Shown piece by piece: positions 1 through 10,953 of a stretch of DNA of 64,000 nucleotides. The translations under genes and the position numbers were made by a program. Below the pieces are notes generated by a model. The model had not been told where the DNA came from. It saw nothing but the letters and a program-made list of their open reading frames with translations, and did not search any database. The stretch is from IMG/VR virus record IMGVR_UViG_3300028127_000003; one strand, written 5' to 3'. Position 1 is the stretch's first letter; every line of letters begins with the position of its first letter. This DNA is from a virus.

Positions 1-990
1 TAAATATGCTGGAACATTTCCTTCTCCATACCATTCTCTTGCAGTAACATCAAATCCAGCCGTATCTTGCGCTTTTCTTGTGAAAACTGTGATTGGTGTT
101 TGTTTAATATTAACAAAGTTTAAAACTTGGTTAGCATCTTCACCTAATGTTTGTAATAATTTCTCATCAGAAGGAATCATAAATTTATCAGTGTCAAAGA
201 AACTTGAATAAGTATAGTCTCCAGTCTGATGACCTAGTGAAGGATAAGTATAAAACGTATCAGCTTCAACTTGTGCTAGAGTATACTGATCGGGAGCAAT
301 AGTCGCTGCACTGTCATAAATATCAAAACTTGTTGAACCACCACCGTGAGCTGTATTGATAGCAGCTAAAGCTGTAATTACAGTATCTGTACCATCAAAC
401 GCAGCTGTTGCTGCAATATGAGGTTCATTACCTGCATCTGAAAGTAAATAGAAAGTACCTGCTAGGCTAGATGTTAAATCTACACCTGCTAGTGTTAAAG
501 TTAAACCGTCTACTGAAAGTGTAGCTGCTGCAGCGTCTGTAATAGCAGTTGCAACTGGAACAGATCCTGTATCTGGAATAGGATCACCTACTTCAAATGC
601 TACATCCGTTGGAAGCGGCGCTGAATATCTATTCGATACTGGATCAGATTCATATGATCCGTTTGTTGAAATTTGTGCAGCTGAAGCTAAATCATTTACT
701 CCAAATTGAGCAAGGTTAAGAGCTAGGATAGGTCCTCTTGAAAGAGCAGCTTTAGCTGATCTGTGGAAGAACATTCCTTTTTTCTCTAACGATTTGTCAA
801 TGTTTCCATATACTTGAATGAATGCTTCAACGTTTTCGATTAATACTGGTGTATTATAAGGTCCCTTTCTTGAGTGACCAACAACCAGCCTAAGAGTAGA
901 AACGTCAATATTAGCAGTTTGAGATTTATCAAATTCCAATCTGTAAACGCCTGAACTCTTGAATTGTAATAATTGAGGACTTAGTGCCAT
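1..990 (-). CDS. gp18: tail sheath protein, N-terminal part (continues past window start)
   Basis: Hand-translated from ATG at 990: MALSPQLLQFKSSGVYRLEFDKSQ...LVVGHSRKGPYNTPVLI...FIQVYG. This is the typical sheath N-terminus (SxGVY..E.D, G...KGP). Confidence 0.85.
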   Translation of the reverse strand, partial: MALSPQLLQFKSSGVYRLEFDKSQTANIDVSTLRLVVGHSRKGPYNTPVLIENVEAFIQVYGNIDKSLEKKGMFFHRSAKAALSRGPILALNLAQFGVNDLASAAQISTNGSYESDPVSNRYSAPLPTDVAFEVGDPIPDTGSVPVATAITDAAAATLSVDGLTLTLAGVDLTSSLAGTFYLLSDAGNEPHIAATAAFDGTDTVITALAAINTAHGGGSTSFDIYDSAATIAPDQYTLAQVEADTFYTYPSLGHQTGDYTYSSFFDTDKFMIPSDEKLLQTLGEDANQVLNFVNIKQTPITVFTRKAQDTAGFDVTAREWYGEGNVPAYL

Positions 991-1052
991 AGTTATTTAA
1001 TTTTATTTTTTTATTTGTTAATCTATATATCCGTGTAAATCTGGAGTTTAGT

Positions 1053-2879
1053 CTATATAAGATCATAAATATCATACTGCATATCTCCGGCTGAATCGTT
1101 TTGTTGATATAGAGTAGTTTCCATTAATTTATACTTTTCAGGATCTATAAAATCTAGCAATTCTTCGATGTAATCTGCATAATCTGTAGTGTTAAAAAAT
1201 TCAGTGGCAGTGATTCCTGTCATAATGATATCATCATTACCCATTTGAGCACCATAGCTTCCATTTTTAAGACTACCGAAAAGACTTGCTTCATTTACAG
1301 TTTCTGTGTCATTTATTTTTATTCTATTATTTTCAATTAATTTTTTAAAATTTTGGCAAAACACTGATTTGTTATCTGCTTTTAATTTTATACCTGGTTT
1401 TAAGGCTCTTGAATCATGTCTATGTTTAAACCTTAATACCATCTCGTCTTCAAATTCATTTCTTGAAGGATAAACTGTTTGTAAATATTTCAATAAGATA
1501 GAACCGTATGTATTGAATTCTATAATCATCTTAACATTTTCAGGATTAAATATCTCAACAGCTAATGTATATAGAACCTTTGCAAAATCTTCAATAACAT
1601 GTTCATTAGATCTAAAGACTGCCACTTGATTCAATCTAAAAAAGTCATACATTGCACCGGGTGTCACTGCATCAATAATGTCCTTATCTTCCATTGGTTC
1701 TACTTCGAAAACATTAATTACAGAGTAATCACCTCCGTTGCCTTCTGCGATGTCTACTGAAAACAAATAAAATCTATTAGATTCTTTTGCTCCTTCAGGA
1801 TCGAAGTCTTTATGAAATCCTAAAACTCCCTTTGTATCTATTTGTATATTTTCGAAATCTTCTAAATCATGCCATATAAATTCATGTGAATTCTTTCTCA
1901 TGGTTTTCATAACCATTGGGCTTAATAATAGATTAGAAGAACTTACGAATTCATTTCCATATTGTCTATTAAAGGCTTCTTCAGAACCTAAGTTTCCAAG
2001 TTCTCTTTCATACCATGCATCATCTCTATCCGGATGCTGCCACCAATCAACTCTCGTTGGTGTATATTCATTTTCTCCTTTTTCAGCACCTGCATAAATT
2101 TCATAGAATTTATTAAATCCATTCGGTGTTGAAGTAATATTAATTCTAGATACCTTAGAAGCTGATAATGTAGGATATACATTTTCATAGAATGAATCAA
2201 CTATAGTTGGATGAATGTGTGCGAACTCATCAAGATATAAGTTATGAATAGTAAAACCAATACCTGATTTTGCGGTAGTTGATTGACCTACTAATCTACA
2301 TCCATTATCTGAACGTACATTCATAACGTCATACTTAATAATACCTGGTTTCATAAAGAAAGGAAGGTTTTCAATAACTACCTTTGCTTTATCTATAATT
2401 TCTTTTGTTGAATCTGATTTATTAGCTAAAAGAAGAGTAGTTTTATCATAGTTAAATGTAACATACCATGCATTAAAAATAGAAGCCGTTACAGTTTTAC
2501 CCATTTGTCTGGCCGCTAATACAATATTAAATCTTTCGTTTTGAAAGTTATGTAATAATTCTTTTTGATATTCTCTAAGTTTCACCTGTTGAATACCTTC
2601 ATCTGTCATTACTACTGCATACTTTTCTGCAAAATAAACAATATCATTTGCGCATTTAGCCAGCTCTGCAATTTCCTCTTCAGTATATTCAAATACAATA
2701 TTACCCTTACGTAAAAACTGCTTACCCTCATAAAAGGGCATAGAAACTTGTGGGCGATATCCTTTATCTAGTGCTACTAAAAGATCATCAACATTCTTAG
2801 TCGACCATACCAGCTTTTGACCAGGATCGCTTTTGTCTCCTTTCGGAATCCACATATTATCTCCTACGTAATCGCTCAT
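1053..2879 (-). CDS. gp17: terminase large subunit
   Basis: Walker A ARQMGKT, Walker B LYLDEFAH, ITSTPNG motif III, RNase H-like C-terminal domain (SVDIAEG...DYS; DDIIM); 608 aa, similar to T4 gp17. Confidence 0.95.
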   Translation of the reverse strand: MSDYVGDNMWIPKGDKSDPGQKLVWSTKNVDDLLVALDKGYRPQVSMPFYEGKQFLRKGNIVFEYTEEEIAELAKCANDIVYFAEKYAVVMTDEGIQQVKLREYQKELLHNFQNERFNIVLAARQMGKTVTASIFNAWYVTFNYDKTTLLLANKSDSTKEIIDKAKVVIENLPFFMKPGIIKYDVMNVRSDNGCRLVGQSTTAKSGIGFTIHNLYLDEFAHIHPTIVDSFYENVYPTLSASKVSRINITSTPNGFNKFYEIYAGAEKGENEYTPTRVDWWQHPDRDDAWYERELGNLGSEEAFNRQYGNEFVSSSNLLLSPMVMKTMRKNSHEFIWHDLEDFENIQIDTKGVLGFHKDFDPEGAKESNRFYLFSVDIAEGNGGDYSVINVFEVEPMEDKDIIDAVTPGAMYDFFRLNQVAVFRSNEHVIEDFAKVLYTLAVEIFNPENVKMIIEFNTYGSILLKYLQTVYPSRNEFEDEMVLRFKHRHDSRALKPGIKLKADNKSVFCQNFKKLIENNRIKINDTETVNEASLFGSLKNGSYGAQMGNDDIIMTGITATEFFNTTDYADYIEELLDFIDPEKYKLMETTLYQQNDSAGDMQYDIYDLI

Positions 2880-2881
2880 TG

Positions 2882-3532
2882 TTATTCTTCGTTAGGTTCT
2901 ACATCTTCGATATCTTGAGTTTCTGAATCGATTCCAGAACGAATCATTCTCATAAGATCTTTAGTTCCTCTTTGAACCGCAGAATCACCAGTGGAACCTC
3001 CTGATTCTTCTATTTCCCTAACATCATCTCTTTTCTTGTAAATTTCTATATCTCTAGAAATTCGTTTAGCACTTTCTTCAGTTGCCATTAAATACATTGT
3101 TTGGGATTTAATAATATCTAGCATTGATTTCTGTAAAGTTGCAAGAACTTCAAACATTCTTGGAGCTAATTCGCCATCTTCGATAGTTTCTAATAGTGTT
3201 GTAAGAGCTCTTTCACCTGCTTGTAATTGATAAACTAAAGAAGACATTGTCATCTCATCCATCTTTTTCTTAGCAGCGATATATTCATCCTTTTCAATTA
3301 TATCTTCTGCAAGATAAAATTTCATAAGGGCTGTTATAGTTTTCTTAGCTGTTTTAGTAGATCTTGTTTTAAGTTCTCCAAATGATGGAAGAACTTCCTT
3401 TGGTTGAAGTGGAAGAAACGCTGGATCAGTATCCGTAGCCTCTGTTATATCTACACTTTCACCAATAAGTTCATCAAGCTCTTTTCTAATATCTTCTGCT
3501 TGGTCTTTTATTGACTTCTTTTCTTCTGACAT
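2882..3532 (-). CDS. gp16: putative terminase small subunit
   Basis: Immediately upstream of terL, helical, with PRMFEVLATLQK resembling the PRAYEV motif of T4-like TerS proteins. Confidence 0.6.
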   Translation of the reverse strand: MSEEKKSIKDQAEDIRKELDELIGESVDITEATDTDPAFLPLQPKEVLPSFGELKTRSTKTAKKTITALMKFYLAEDIIEKDEYIAAKKKMDEMTMSSLVYQLQAGERALTTLLETIEDGELAPRMFEVLATLQKSMLDIIKSQTMYLMATEESAKRISRDIEIYKKRDDVREIEESGGSTGDSAVQRGTKDLMRMIRSGIDSETQDIEDVEPNEE

Positions 3533-3564
3533 AAGTTATTGTTTTATAGGATTATATATCCTAA

Positions 3565-5514
3565 TTACCTAGTGTGTCTAAATTTCTGAAACCCAATACT
3601 AGGTATTGCATTGTCTATTAATTTAGCAAGTTGATTATCTCTAACTATATATTGATTTAATATATTAGATCTTTGTTCTTCTTCTATCATTTGATCGAAT
3701 ACTCTAATGTTGGTCATATACATACTATTTCCTCTTATTTGGAAATTAGAATTAGAGTTCCAAACTAAGCCCGAAGGTTTAACTTCATTAAACACTTCAG
3801 TTAATTGAGAGGTTGCGCTTTGAGGTAATCCAGATTCATTTAAGTTATAAATACTTAAACTAGTTGTGGAAAATTCATTACTTATATTTAAAGTAAATCC
3901 ATACCATCTTTTTTCTAAAGAAAGGCCGTGGTTAAATGTAACTGTATTTCCATTAACCATTATTTTAAATTCTGAATCGTTTAAATAAGTTTTAAATCCT
4001 GTAAGCGCGGTTGGATCTCCTATTATGAAATGATCTCCACTTCCAATTTCAAACTGTGGATTAAACCATCCGGAAATTGCCATGTTTTTGCCTGTTTCTA
4101 GACTAGATGGTGCATCATATTCGATACATAAATCTCCTTCCGCTACTCCAGATAAGTCATAATAATTTTTACTAACAATTGTCCATCTGTTTTTTAATTC
4201 AAAATCTATTATTTGTAAATCTTTATTATAGAAATTTCTAATACCATCCTTGTGTGTAGAAATAACTGTTTGAAATTGCTGCGGATTCGAAACCTTTTCC
4301 TGCTCTTCCCTTTGTCTTTCTCCAAAAACTTCTTCGATTCCAGTGGTTAACGTGTCAGTTGCGGCGTTGAATGTATTTTTATTAACTGAAGTTCTTTCTT
4401 GATATTTCTTCAGCATTACTCTCCAGTATGAATTGGTCTTATTAAACTCGTCAGCTAAAGCTATGGTATGAACTTCATACATTCTATTAATAATAGGAAT
4501 ATACATGTAATCCTTAGATCTAGGATATCTGCTTTTTATTAAATTTCCTTGAGAATCTCTTTCACCAAACGCTCTATCAAATTCTTCTTGAGTAATGTGA
4601 ATTTCAAAGTCTGCAAAATCCATTCCGAATATATCGAAAGTTATACTTTCTTCAGGAAATTCATTTCCCGGGACTAATATCTTTATGTTTTTATTATCTA
4701 CTACATCATGTAAACTATATTCCATAAGAGTAACATCTTCTGTTCTCATATCTGGTTCAGTTCTAAAATAGTTTACTTCATGGCCAAATATATTGCTTAC
4801 TAATCCTGTGATTTGTTTTACAAATTTAGTAGATTTACTTAAATTATATGGATTAAATAAATTATCATTACATTCTTCTACGATAATGTTTGCACATCCG
4901 TCCATTGAAAAGGGATCTAAACACTCAACACAAAAGTTAGGACATGCTTCAACAATACCGTCTTCAGTCTGTGTAGTATATGTGATTGAAATAAGAGATA
5001 AAGAGTTACCTCCGGATAATGAAGATACTTCTGCTTTTAGGTCAATGTAAAGTGGAAGTGTATTATTAAAATCTAAACTGAATAAATCTCCGATGTTTGA
5101 AGTTTTATTTAATTCTGAAAATTCTGAAAAAGATCCACCAGTCTGTGACCATCTAAATTCATAATCAAATTTATTTAATTCATTAGGAACTAAGAAAAAT
5201 TCTATTCCAGATGGTTGTGTTGAAAACTGGGGTGACGTTGTTAATTCCAGGGTGTATGCGTCTGGTACGGAACTAATTTGAAATATCTTATTTCCTAATA
5301 CAATTTCATCACCATTGGCTAGAAATGTAAAATCTGTTCCCATTCCTATTACTGTTGGAGATCCTGCATTCAATATAACTACACCCTTTGTCTGTGGTGT
5401 TGTTAAACCTGCTATAATTTCCCAATCCGTAATCTTTATTACGTTCTGAAAAGGATCTTGTAGGGATGCTATGAGTTGATCTCCGTTTGCGTTTGCAGTA
5501 TATCCTGTTACCAT
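3565..5514 (-). CDS. neck/head-completion protein (gp14-like central domain) with beta-rich N- and C-terminal extensions
   Basis: Central segment FGHEVNYFR...FDIFGMDF...PRSKDYMYIPIINRMYEV resembles gp14; the C-terminal region is LamG/concanavalin-like by eye. Confidence 0.55.
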   Translation of the reverse strand: MVTGYTANANGDQLIASLQDPFQNVIKITDWEIIAGLTTPQTKGVVILNAGSPTVIGMGTDFTFLANGDEIVLGNKIFQISSVPDAYTLELTTSPQFSTQPSGIEFFLVPNELNKFDYEFRWSQTGGSFSEFSELNKTSNIGDLFSLDFNNTLPLYIDLKAEVSSLSGGNSLSLISITYTTQTEDGIVEACPNFCVECLDPFSMDGCANIIVEECNDNLFNPYNLSKSTKFVKQITGLVSNIFGHEVNYFRTEPDMRTEDVTLMEYSLHDVVDNKNIKILVPGNEFPEESITFDIFGMDFADFEIHITQEEFDRAFGERDSQGNLIKSRYPRSKDYMYIPIINRMYEVHTIALADEFNKTNSYWRVMLKKYQERTSVNKNTFNAATDTLTTGIEEVFGERQREEQEKVSNPQQFQTVISTHKDGIRNFYNKDLQIIDFELKNRWTIVSKNYYDLSGVAEGDLCIEYDAPSSLETGKNMAISGWFNPQFEIGSGDHFIIGDPTALTGFKTYLNDSEFKIMVNGNTVTFNHGLSLEKRWYGFTLNISNEFSTTSLSIYNLNESGLPQSATSQLTEVFNEVKPSGLVWNSNSNFQIRGNSMYMTNIRVFDQMIEEEQRSNILNQYIVRDNQLAKLIDNAIPSIGFQKFRHTR

Positions 5515-5555
5515 TTAATATCTAGTTCTTTTGTCTATATATTCGTTAAAGAAAG

Positions 5556-6209
5556 CTAGTAATCAGTGATTAACATTATTTTGGGATTATCATCTTGGAT
5601 CTTAGCTTCTATGCAGTCCATTAGATCTAATGCAGTATCAAATTCTTTTCCATCTGAACCTTCTCTCGATCTTACAAAAGAATCTAAGGCATTAAATATA
5701 TGAGAAGCATTGTGCCTTGCGTAAGGAACATTCTTTTTCATAAGACCTAGTGAAATTAAAATAGAGTTTATTTCTTGTAAATCTTTTTCTTGTTGAAATA
5801 TATCATATAGCCTTAATGTTCCTGCCAATACTTTAAAATTAAATCTAAGAGTCTTAATTCCATCTATGTCAGATAATCTACTATAAGATTTATTCTTATT
5901 GATAGTCAGTTTAACATATTCTAGATTTGTAAAATCATTTAAAATCTTATGTAGAAAATAGATAGTAGTTGCTTCTTTATGAAATTGTTCAAAACCAGTT
6001 GCATTAATTCTATTAATATCGGATTGAAAGTTTTCTTTTAAAAACAAAGATAATTGCTCTTTACTTACTAGAAGAGATCCATCATTAACGACCCTATAGT
6101 CTAATTGATTCTTTACTAGTGTAAGAATCTTATTGTCGATGTAATTATATTTGAATAGGGTGGCGTCAACAACCGTAGCCACATCATTAAAGTCGTAGTA
6201 ACTAATCAT
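5556..6209 (-). CDS. hypothetical protein
   Basis: 217 aa ORF in a densely packed operon; no recognised motif. Confidence 0.8.
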   Translation of the reverse strand: MISYYDFNDVATVVDATLFKYNYIDNKILTLVKNQLDYRVVNDGSLLVSKEQLSLFLKENFQSDINRINATGFEQFHKEATTIYFLHKILNDFTNLEYVKLTINKNKSYSRLSDIDGIKTLRFNFKVLAGTLRLYDIFQQEKDLQEINSILISLGLMKKNVPYARHNASHIFNALDSFVRSREGSDGKEFDTALDLMDCIEAKIQDDNPKIMLITDY

Positions 6210-6641
6210 TTAATATACCTGCATTGTGTTTTCTAATTCCAATAGATTATTATTTAATTCAACCGGGTTGAATTTCTTAAGATCATTGAACTCTCTCATT
6301 CCAATTTCATTTCTTTGTAAAAAGAATTTAATTGTTTCTTCTTTAGGTATATATTCTTTTTTTGATTTTTTAGGTTTTGGAGCTGCCTTCTTAGTTTTAG
6401 TATAGATCCACCCTGGAACTGAACGAAATCTTGAAGATACCATGTGCCAACTATCTATAACTGCATTGCCATTAATTCCATTCACATTAAATAACTGTGC
6501 ATTTGATGGATATTTAATAGCAAAAAATCTGTTAATCATGAAGTGGTGTCTCTTCTTATTAAAGTTCTTTACGTTCTTGTATTGATTAGGTTTTGTAAAC
6601 ATGATCTTTACAAAATCAAATAATTTTGTTTCGTCTAGCAT
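6210..6641 (-). CDS. putative clamp loader small subunit (gp62-like)
   Basis: FMINRFF...NAQLFN and a K-rich W-containing middle segment resemble gp62; gp44 is two genes away. Confidence 0.5.
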   Translation of the reverse strand: MLDETKLFDFVKIMFTKPNQYKNVKNFNKKRHHFMINRFFAIKYPSNAQLFNVNGINGNAVIDSWHMVSSRFRSVPGWIYTKTKKAAPKPKKSKKEYIPKEETIKFFLQRNEIGMREFNDLKKFNPVELNNNLLELENTMQVY

Positions 6642-6673
6642 ATAAATTATACTGTAAACTTGCTATAAGTTTA

Positions 6674-7900
6674 TTAAAAAAGTTCGTTCAATTTCTTAGT
6701 AGAAGGTCTTTCCTTGCTACTATCTTCTTTTAATCCTGCGAAGGCATCATACTTTTTAGGAGCACCCTGTGATTTCTTTGCCATCCAATCTGTTCCTTCT
6801 AAGATCTTTTCCATCTGAGTGATATTAGAGAACTCTGGTAAAACATTTCTATCTGCTTCAATATTATTATAAATACCTTTTTGAATTGCAAGGGGAATAG
6901 TATTATAGTGAAGAAGAACTAGATCTAAGTTTTGATTAAATCTAATTCTGATTTCCTTAGGATCAGATTTACCAACAACTCTATAAATAATATCTACTAG
7001 CTTATTTACTTGACCTCTATTGAAAAAGTGTTCTATTGTAAATTCGCTTTCTTCTTTCTTATATTGTTCTAAGATCTTTACACAATGTTTTTCTGTAAGT
7101 GAATAGTTTCTGATCTTGCCATTAGATGCAGCTTTAGTCCATGTAATAACTGAAGGAATATTATCTGATTTGTCACCTTGTAGGATTTTACCGAATACAA
7201 AGTCGTCACAGTTAATTTCTTGAACTTCTACTCTGTTCTTATCCATCCATGCCTGGAAGTCTTCCTTTAGCTTGTCGTACGTTGCTTCTTCTGAGGCAAT
7301 GTTGAATAACAATTCGTCATTGGTCATTGTAGATGTTTTTCTAGATGCCATTACATCTTCGAAACCTTCAAAGGCAATAAGCTTTTTCTTAGAATTATAA
7401 TACCATAGTGTATATGCATCTGTCGCTTGATTGTAGTTTACGAGTTGAATTAAATCTCTATCACCTGTCCATGCAATGCAATTTTTACCTTCGCTATTTA
7501 ATTGAGTAGACCAGCCGTACATTACATCATCTGCTTCTGCACCTTGAACCTGGTGGATAATAATACCCTTTTGTTCTAGTATTTTTTGCCATTCAGCATA
7601 AACACCGAAGACTGCTTTCCAATTAATAGAATCGTCATGTGTTCTAGTTCCTTTATATTGTGCATCAGGAAAAAGATCTTTACGCCATGATTTAGCATCA
7701 ACTGCAACAACAATCTGGTCTACAAAAGGAGCCATTTTACGAACTTCTGAGGCGAAGTCAATACATAGCTTTCTCATAAGTTGAGATTGTGATTCTTTAT
7801 CGCCTAATAATTGTTTACCTTTAGGCCTAGGTAGAACGAATAGTCTACTGTGTAAAAAATAGTTACCGTCAATTAACAATGTATGTTTTCCTAGTTTCAT
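6674..7900 (-). CDS. rnh: RNase H / 5'-3' exonuclease (FEN-like)
   Basis: LIDGNY, AVDAKSWRK, YKGTR, EADD, TGDRDL and GDKSDNIP motifs of the T4 RNase H/PolI 5'-nuclease family. Confidence 0.9.
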   Translation of the reverse strand: MKLGKHTLLIDGNYFLHSRLFVLPRPKGKQLLGDKESQSQLMRKLCIDFASEVRKMAPFVDQIVVAVDAKSWRKDLFPDAQYKGTRTHDDSINWKAVFGVYAEWQKILEQKGIIIHQVQGAEADDVMYGWSTQLNSEGKNCIAWTGDRDLIQLVNYNQATDAYTLWYYNSKKKLIAFEGFEDVMASRKTSTMTNDELLFNIASEEATYDKLKEDFQAWMDKNRVEVQEINCDDFVFGKILQGDKSDNIPSVITWTKAASNGKIRNYSLTEKHCVKILEQYKKEESEFTIEHFFNRGQVNKLVDIIYRVVGKSDPKEIRIRFNQNLDLVLLHYNTIPLAIQKGIYNNIEADRNVLPEFSNITQMEKILEGTDWMAKKSQGAPKKYDAFAGLKEDSSKERPSTKKLNELF

Positions 7901-7961
7901 GTGTTTTGTTTTATATTACTAATATAAGCAAAATTTCTGAGATAAAAAAATATTTCAGCAA

Positions 7962-8912
7962 TTAATTTCTAATTATTTCTTGTAGCTTATATATACAACT
8001 TAGCATGGTTATCGCTGGGTCAATTACGTGAACCCTTTGTGCCTGATGTTCTGCTACAGTTACTGCAATTTGAGGAATATGCTTTGCGCTATTTCCTTTC
8101 TCTGATTGAATATAGTCTATGAACTCTTCTCCTAATGTTTGAAGTATTTCATCTGTTCTATTTGAATATTCACCTACTAAATACTTATAGTTTTTAACAG
8201 GGTCTGTTTCATTAAAGATTAATTCAAAAACATCTTTATAGACTGAGTTAAACTTTTTAACATCATTTAATGTAATCTTACTCGTTCCTTCTGACTTATA
8301 TCCTTGTAATTTATTAAGTGTCGAGCGAAGATCTGGGAAGTTTCTACGGACAAATTCAACCAATGCTGGTTTTTCTATTGTCATTTCTTCTTTTCCACAT
8401 ATATCATATACTCGTCTAATATATTTCTTTGTCAATTCGCTCTCTTCTTCTTTATCAAAGTCGAAATTAATTACTTCGAACCTTGAAAGAATTGGATCTG
8501 GAATTTTATTTACATAATTACAGGTTGCAATAAACCTTGAATTAGATGCAAATTGTTCCATAGTAGCACGAAGAGCTTTAAAGAATTGATCAGATACACC
8601 ATCTACCTCATCGAGGATAACTATTTTCATCTTACCTTGATCATCTAAGATAGACATAGTAGAACAGAAATCCATAATCCTGGTTCTAATAACATCTACT
8701 GAAGTATCAGTTGATGCATTGATGTAAATATAAGGAAGTTCGAATTGCTTAACAATCGCCTTCGCAGTAGATGTCTTACCAGTACCAGGGCTTCCAGCCA
8801 AAAGTACATTTTGAGTTAGACCATCTTTAAATTTTGACATTACTCTTTCTGGTAAAATCAACTCGTCTAAGTTATTTGGACGATATTTTTCTGTGAACAG
8901 TGTGTGAACCAT
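7962..8912 (-). CDS. gp44: clamp loader AAA+ subunit
   Basis: EKYRP, GSPGTGKT, ILDEVD, SRC-like ATCN/SRF, FPDLRSTLN. Confidence 0.93.
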   Translation of the reverse strand: MVHTLFTEKYRPNNLDELILPERVMSKFKDGLTQNVLLAGSPGTGKTSTAKAIVKQFELPYIYINASTDTSVDVIRTRIMDFCSTMSILDDQGKMKIVILDEVDGVSDQFFKALRATMEQFASNSRFIATCNYVNKIPDPILSRFEVINFDFDKEEESELTKKYIRRVYDICGKEEMTIEKPALVEFVRRNFPDLRSTLNKLQGYKSEGTSKITLNDVKKFNSVYKDVFELIFNETDPVKNYKYLVGEYSNRTDEILQTLGEEFIDYIQSEKGNSAKHIPQIAVTVAEHQAQRVHVIDPAITMLSCIYKLQEIIRN

Positions 8913-8971
8913 GTAAATTTGTTTAATAATTATACATAATATAGCTGTTTTGTTTCACGAATAAATACTAT

Positions 8972-9484
8972 ATGGCATATAATAAAAAATATCCCAAATT
9001 GGAAAGGGTTTCCCCTCATTCTCCTTATTCTAATAGATTTGGAATTAAGTTATCAAATCTTGCAAGACAGCAGAAGAGACTATTAATAGAAAATCCTATT
9101 TTAGGTGAAAGGTGTGAAAGCGATCAGTTCGTTCATATCATATTCAATATATGTCAACATAGATATACTTCCTCTAAAAATAAGTATTATTATGATTGGT
9201 CTACTGATTCGTTTGTGAAGATGGAAGATCTTAAAGAAAACTATAACACAATAGATTGGGTCTGTGCACTATCTGGTAAACCTATCAGATCTAAGACTGA
9301 TAACTTTAGCTTGGAAAACTTTGTTCATCCAGAGTATCATGATGCATTACTGGCTCCTATGGTAGATGCTAGAATACTTAAGTCATCGATAGAGTTCCGT
9401 AAGCACATAAAAAAACTCCTATTGAATCAACAACAGGAGTTTCTAAATTTAGCTCGTAAAAATTCTAAAAAGAATTTAGATTAG
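8972..9484 (+). CDS. hypothetical protein (the only clearly supported plus-strand gene)
   Basis: 170 aa ORF filling the gap between gp44 and the next gene, divergent from gp44. Confidence 0.75.
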   Translation: MAYNKKYPKLERVSPHSPYSNRFGIKLSNLARQQKRLLIENPILGERCESDQFVHIIFNICQHRYTSSKNKYYYDWSTDSFVKMEDLKENYNTIDWVCALSGKPIRSKTDNFSLENFVHPEYHDALLAPMVDARILKSSIEFRKHIKKLLLNQQQEFLNLARKNSKKNLD

Positions 9485-10861
9485 TTTAGAGAAACGATCT
9501 TTAACTGAAATAGACTCTTGTATTAAAGATTCCATTTCCATTTTTCTAAGATCGGATTCAAATATTAACCCTAATTTAGTATTATTTAATTGCCAAGATT
9601 CTTTTGCAAGAATTTTAGCTTTAAGTTCTTTTGCTTTTTTAAGCTTTGCTTCATCTCCACTCTCTTCTGCCTTTGCAATAACAGCATCAACTCTTTTGGT
9701 CATTCCTTCCTTTGAGTTATCTGTCTTATCGACTTCTTCCGTTTCTTCTTCAGGAGATTCTTCATCGTCTCCATCCGTTCCAAATGCATCGAAATCATCT
9801 TCTTTTTCTGGAGTTTCTTCCGGAGTCTCCGTTGGAGTTTCTTCTGGAGTTTCTTCTGGAGTTTCCTCTGGAGCTTCTTCTTTTTCTTTTCCTTTTTCTT
9901 TTTCAGCCTTTATTTGCTCTAGCTCAGCTTTAACCTTTTCGTCATTTTTAGCTGCATCATCTAACTTCTTAGCATTTTTCTCTTGCTCAGCTGTTATTTT
10001 ATCCATTCTCTCCTTTTGAGCCTGTTTAGATTTTGTAATTCTTTCTTTTAAATCTTTCTTAGTCTCGGCACTCATCTTATCTCCCCATGCATCTAGCTTA
10101 TATTCTGAAACTTCTGTCGTGATTTGATCTCTCATATCAGCGATTAACGTTTTAACTTTTCCAGATCCAAATCCACTTACCTTTGAGTATTTAACTTCTA
10201 ATGAAGATCCATATTCTGTAGCAGCTGAATTAATTCCATCTTTTTTCTGCCTCATAGATTCTATTTGATTATCTAACTTGGCTTTCATTTTTTGAAGTGC
10301 TTTTTTCTTATTTGCTGCGCTTGCCTTCGCCTTTACATCATCTCCAGCTTCTTCGATTGATTCAGTAGTTGAAAGTTCTCTTCTTTTATCCTCTAAAGAT
10401 AATACTGCAACTTCCATTTTAACGGTTTGCATTTTTAATTTCTTTAATTTAGAATAATCTTTTTCTGCTTCTTTAATGGTCTTTTTATTTTTAGCACCAT
10501 CTTTTATAGCCTTTGCACCTAAACCAACTGCACCAATAACTGCCGTTAATCCTAGAACTGCTCCCATAATAATAGGATCTTCCATAAGCACCTGTCCCAT
10601 AGGATTTGCTTCATTTAATGGTTGATCTTCTGATTCCGTAAGTTGATCAGAAAGTGTTTTTAGAGAATTGATAATATCATCACAATCTTGCATCATTTTA
10701 GAATAACCCTCTTCTCCCGTTGCTTCCGGAGAGGCTATGGCAGTAGTTGTGTCTGATTCTATTGAAGTTGATGATTTAGCTACAGGTATATTATCTTCAG
10801 AAGCTTCATCTATTGAATCAGCCTTTTTTGTAGAATTATACCATTGTTCGAATGTTTTCAT
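9476..10861 (-). CDS. putative internal head protein with capsid-targeting N-terminus and a hydrophobic segment
   Basis: MKTFEQWY start, linkers PLNE/A and ESIEE/A, hydrophobic IIMGAVLGLTAVIGAVGLGA, coiled coil, PEET repeats. Confidence 0.6.
   Translation of the reverse strand: MKTFEQWYNSTKKADSIDEASEDNIPVAKSSTSIESDTTTAIASPEATGEEGYSKMMQDCDDIINSLKTLSDQLTESEDQPLNEANPMGQVLMEDPIIMGAVLGLTAVIGAVGLGAKAIKDGAKNKKTIKEAEKDYSKLKKLKMQTVKMEVAVLSLEDKRRELSTTESIEEAGDDVKAKASAANKKKALQKMKAKLDNQIESMRQKKDGINSAATEYGSSLEVKYSKVSGFGSGKVKTLIADMRDQITTEVSEYKLDAWGDKMSAETKKDLKERITKSKQAQKERMDKITAEQEKNAKKLDDAAKNDEKVKAELEQIKAEKEKGKEKEEAPEETPEETPEETPTETPEETPEKEDDFDAFGTDGDDEESPEEETEEVDKTDNSKEGMTKRVDAVIAKAEESGDEAKLKKAKELKAKILAKESWQLNNTKLGLIFESDLRKMEMESLIQESISVKDRFSKLI
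9807..9878. repeat. degenerate 12-bp tandem repeat encoding (PEET)n
   Basis: About six tctggagtttct-like units inside the 461 aa ORF. Confidence 0.85.
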
Positions 10862-10922
10862 CTTTTATATTGATTTATTTATAAACTTATAGTCTATATA
10901 TCTGTTTAAGTTTCAACGAAAC

Positions 10923-10953
10923 AAAAAAAGGTCCTCTAAAATAGAGGACCTTT
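10923..10953 (-). terminator. intrinsic terminator after the major capsid gene
   Basis: Minus strand AGGTCCTCTA-ttt-TAGAGGACCT followed by a T-run. Confidence 0.85.
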
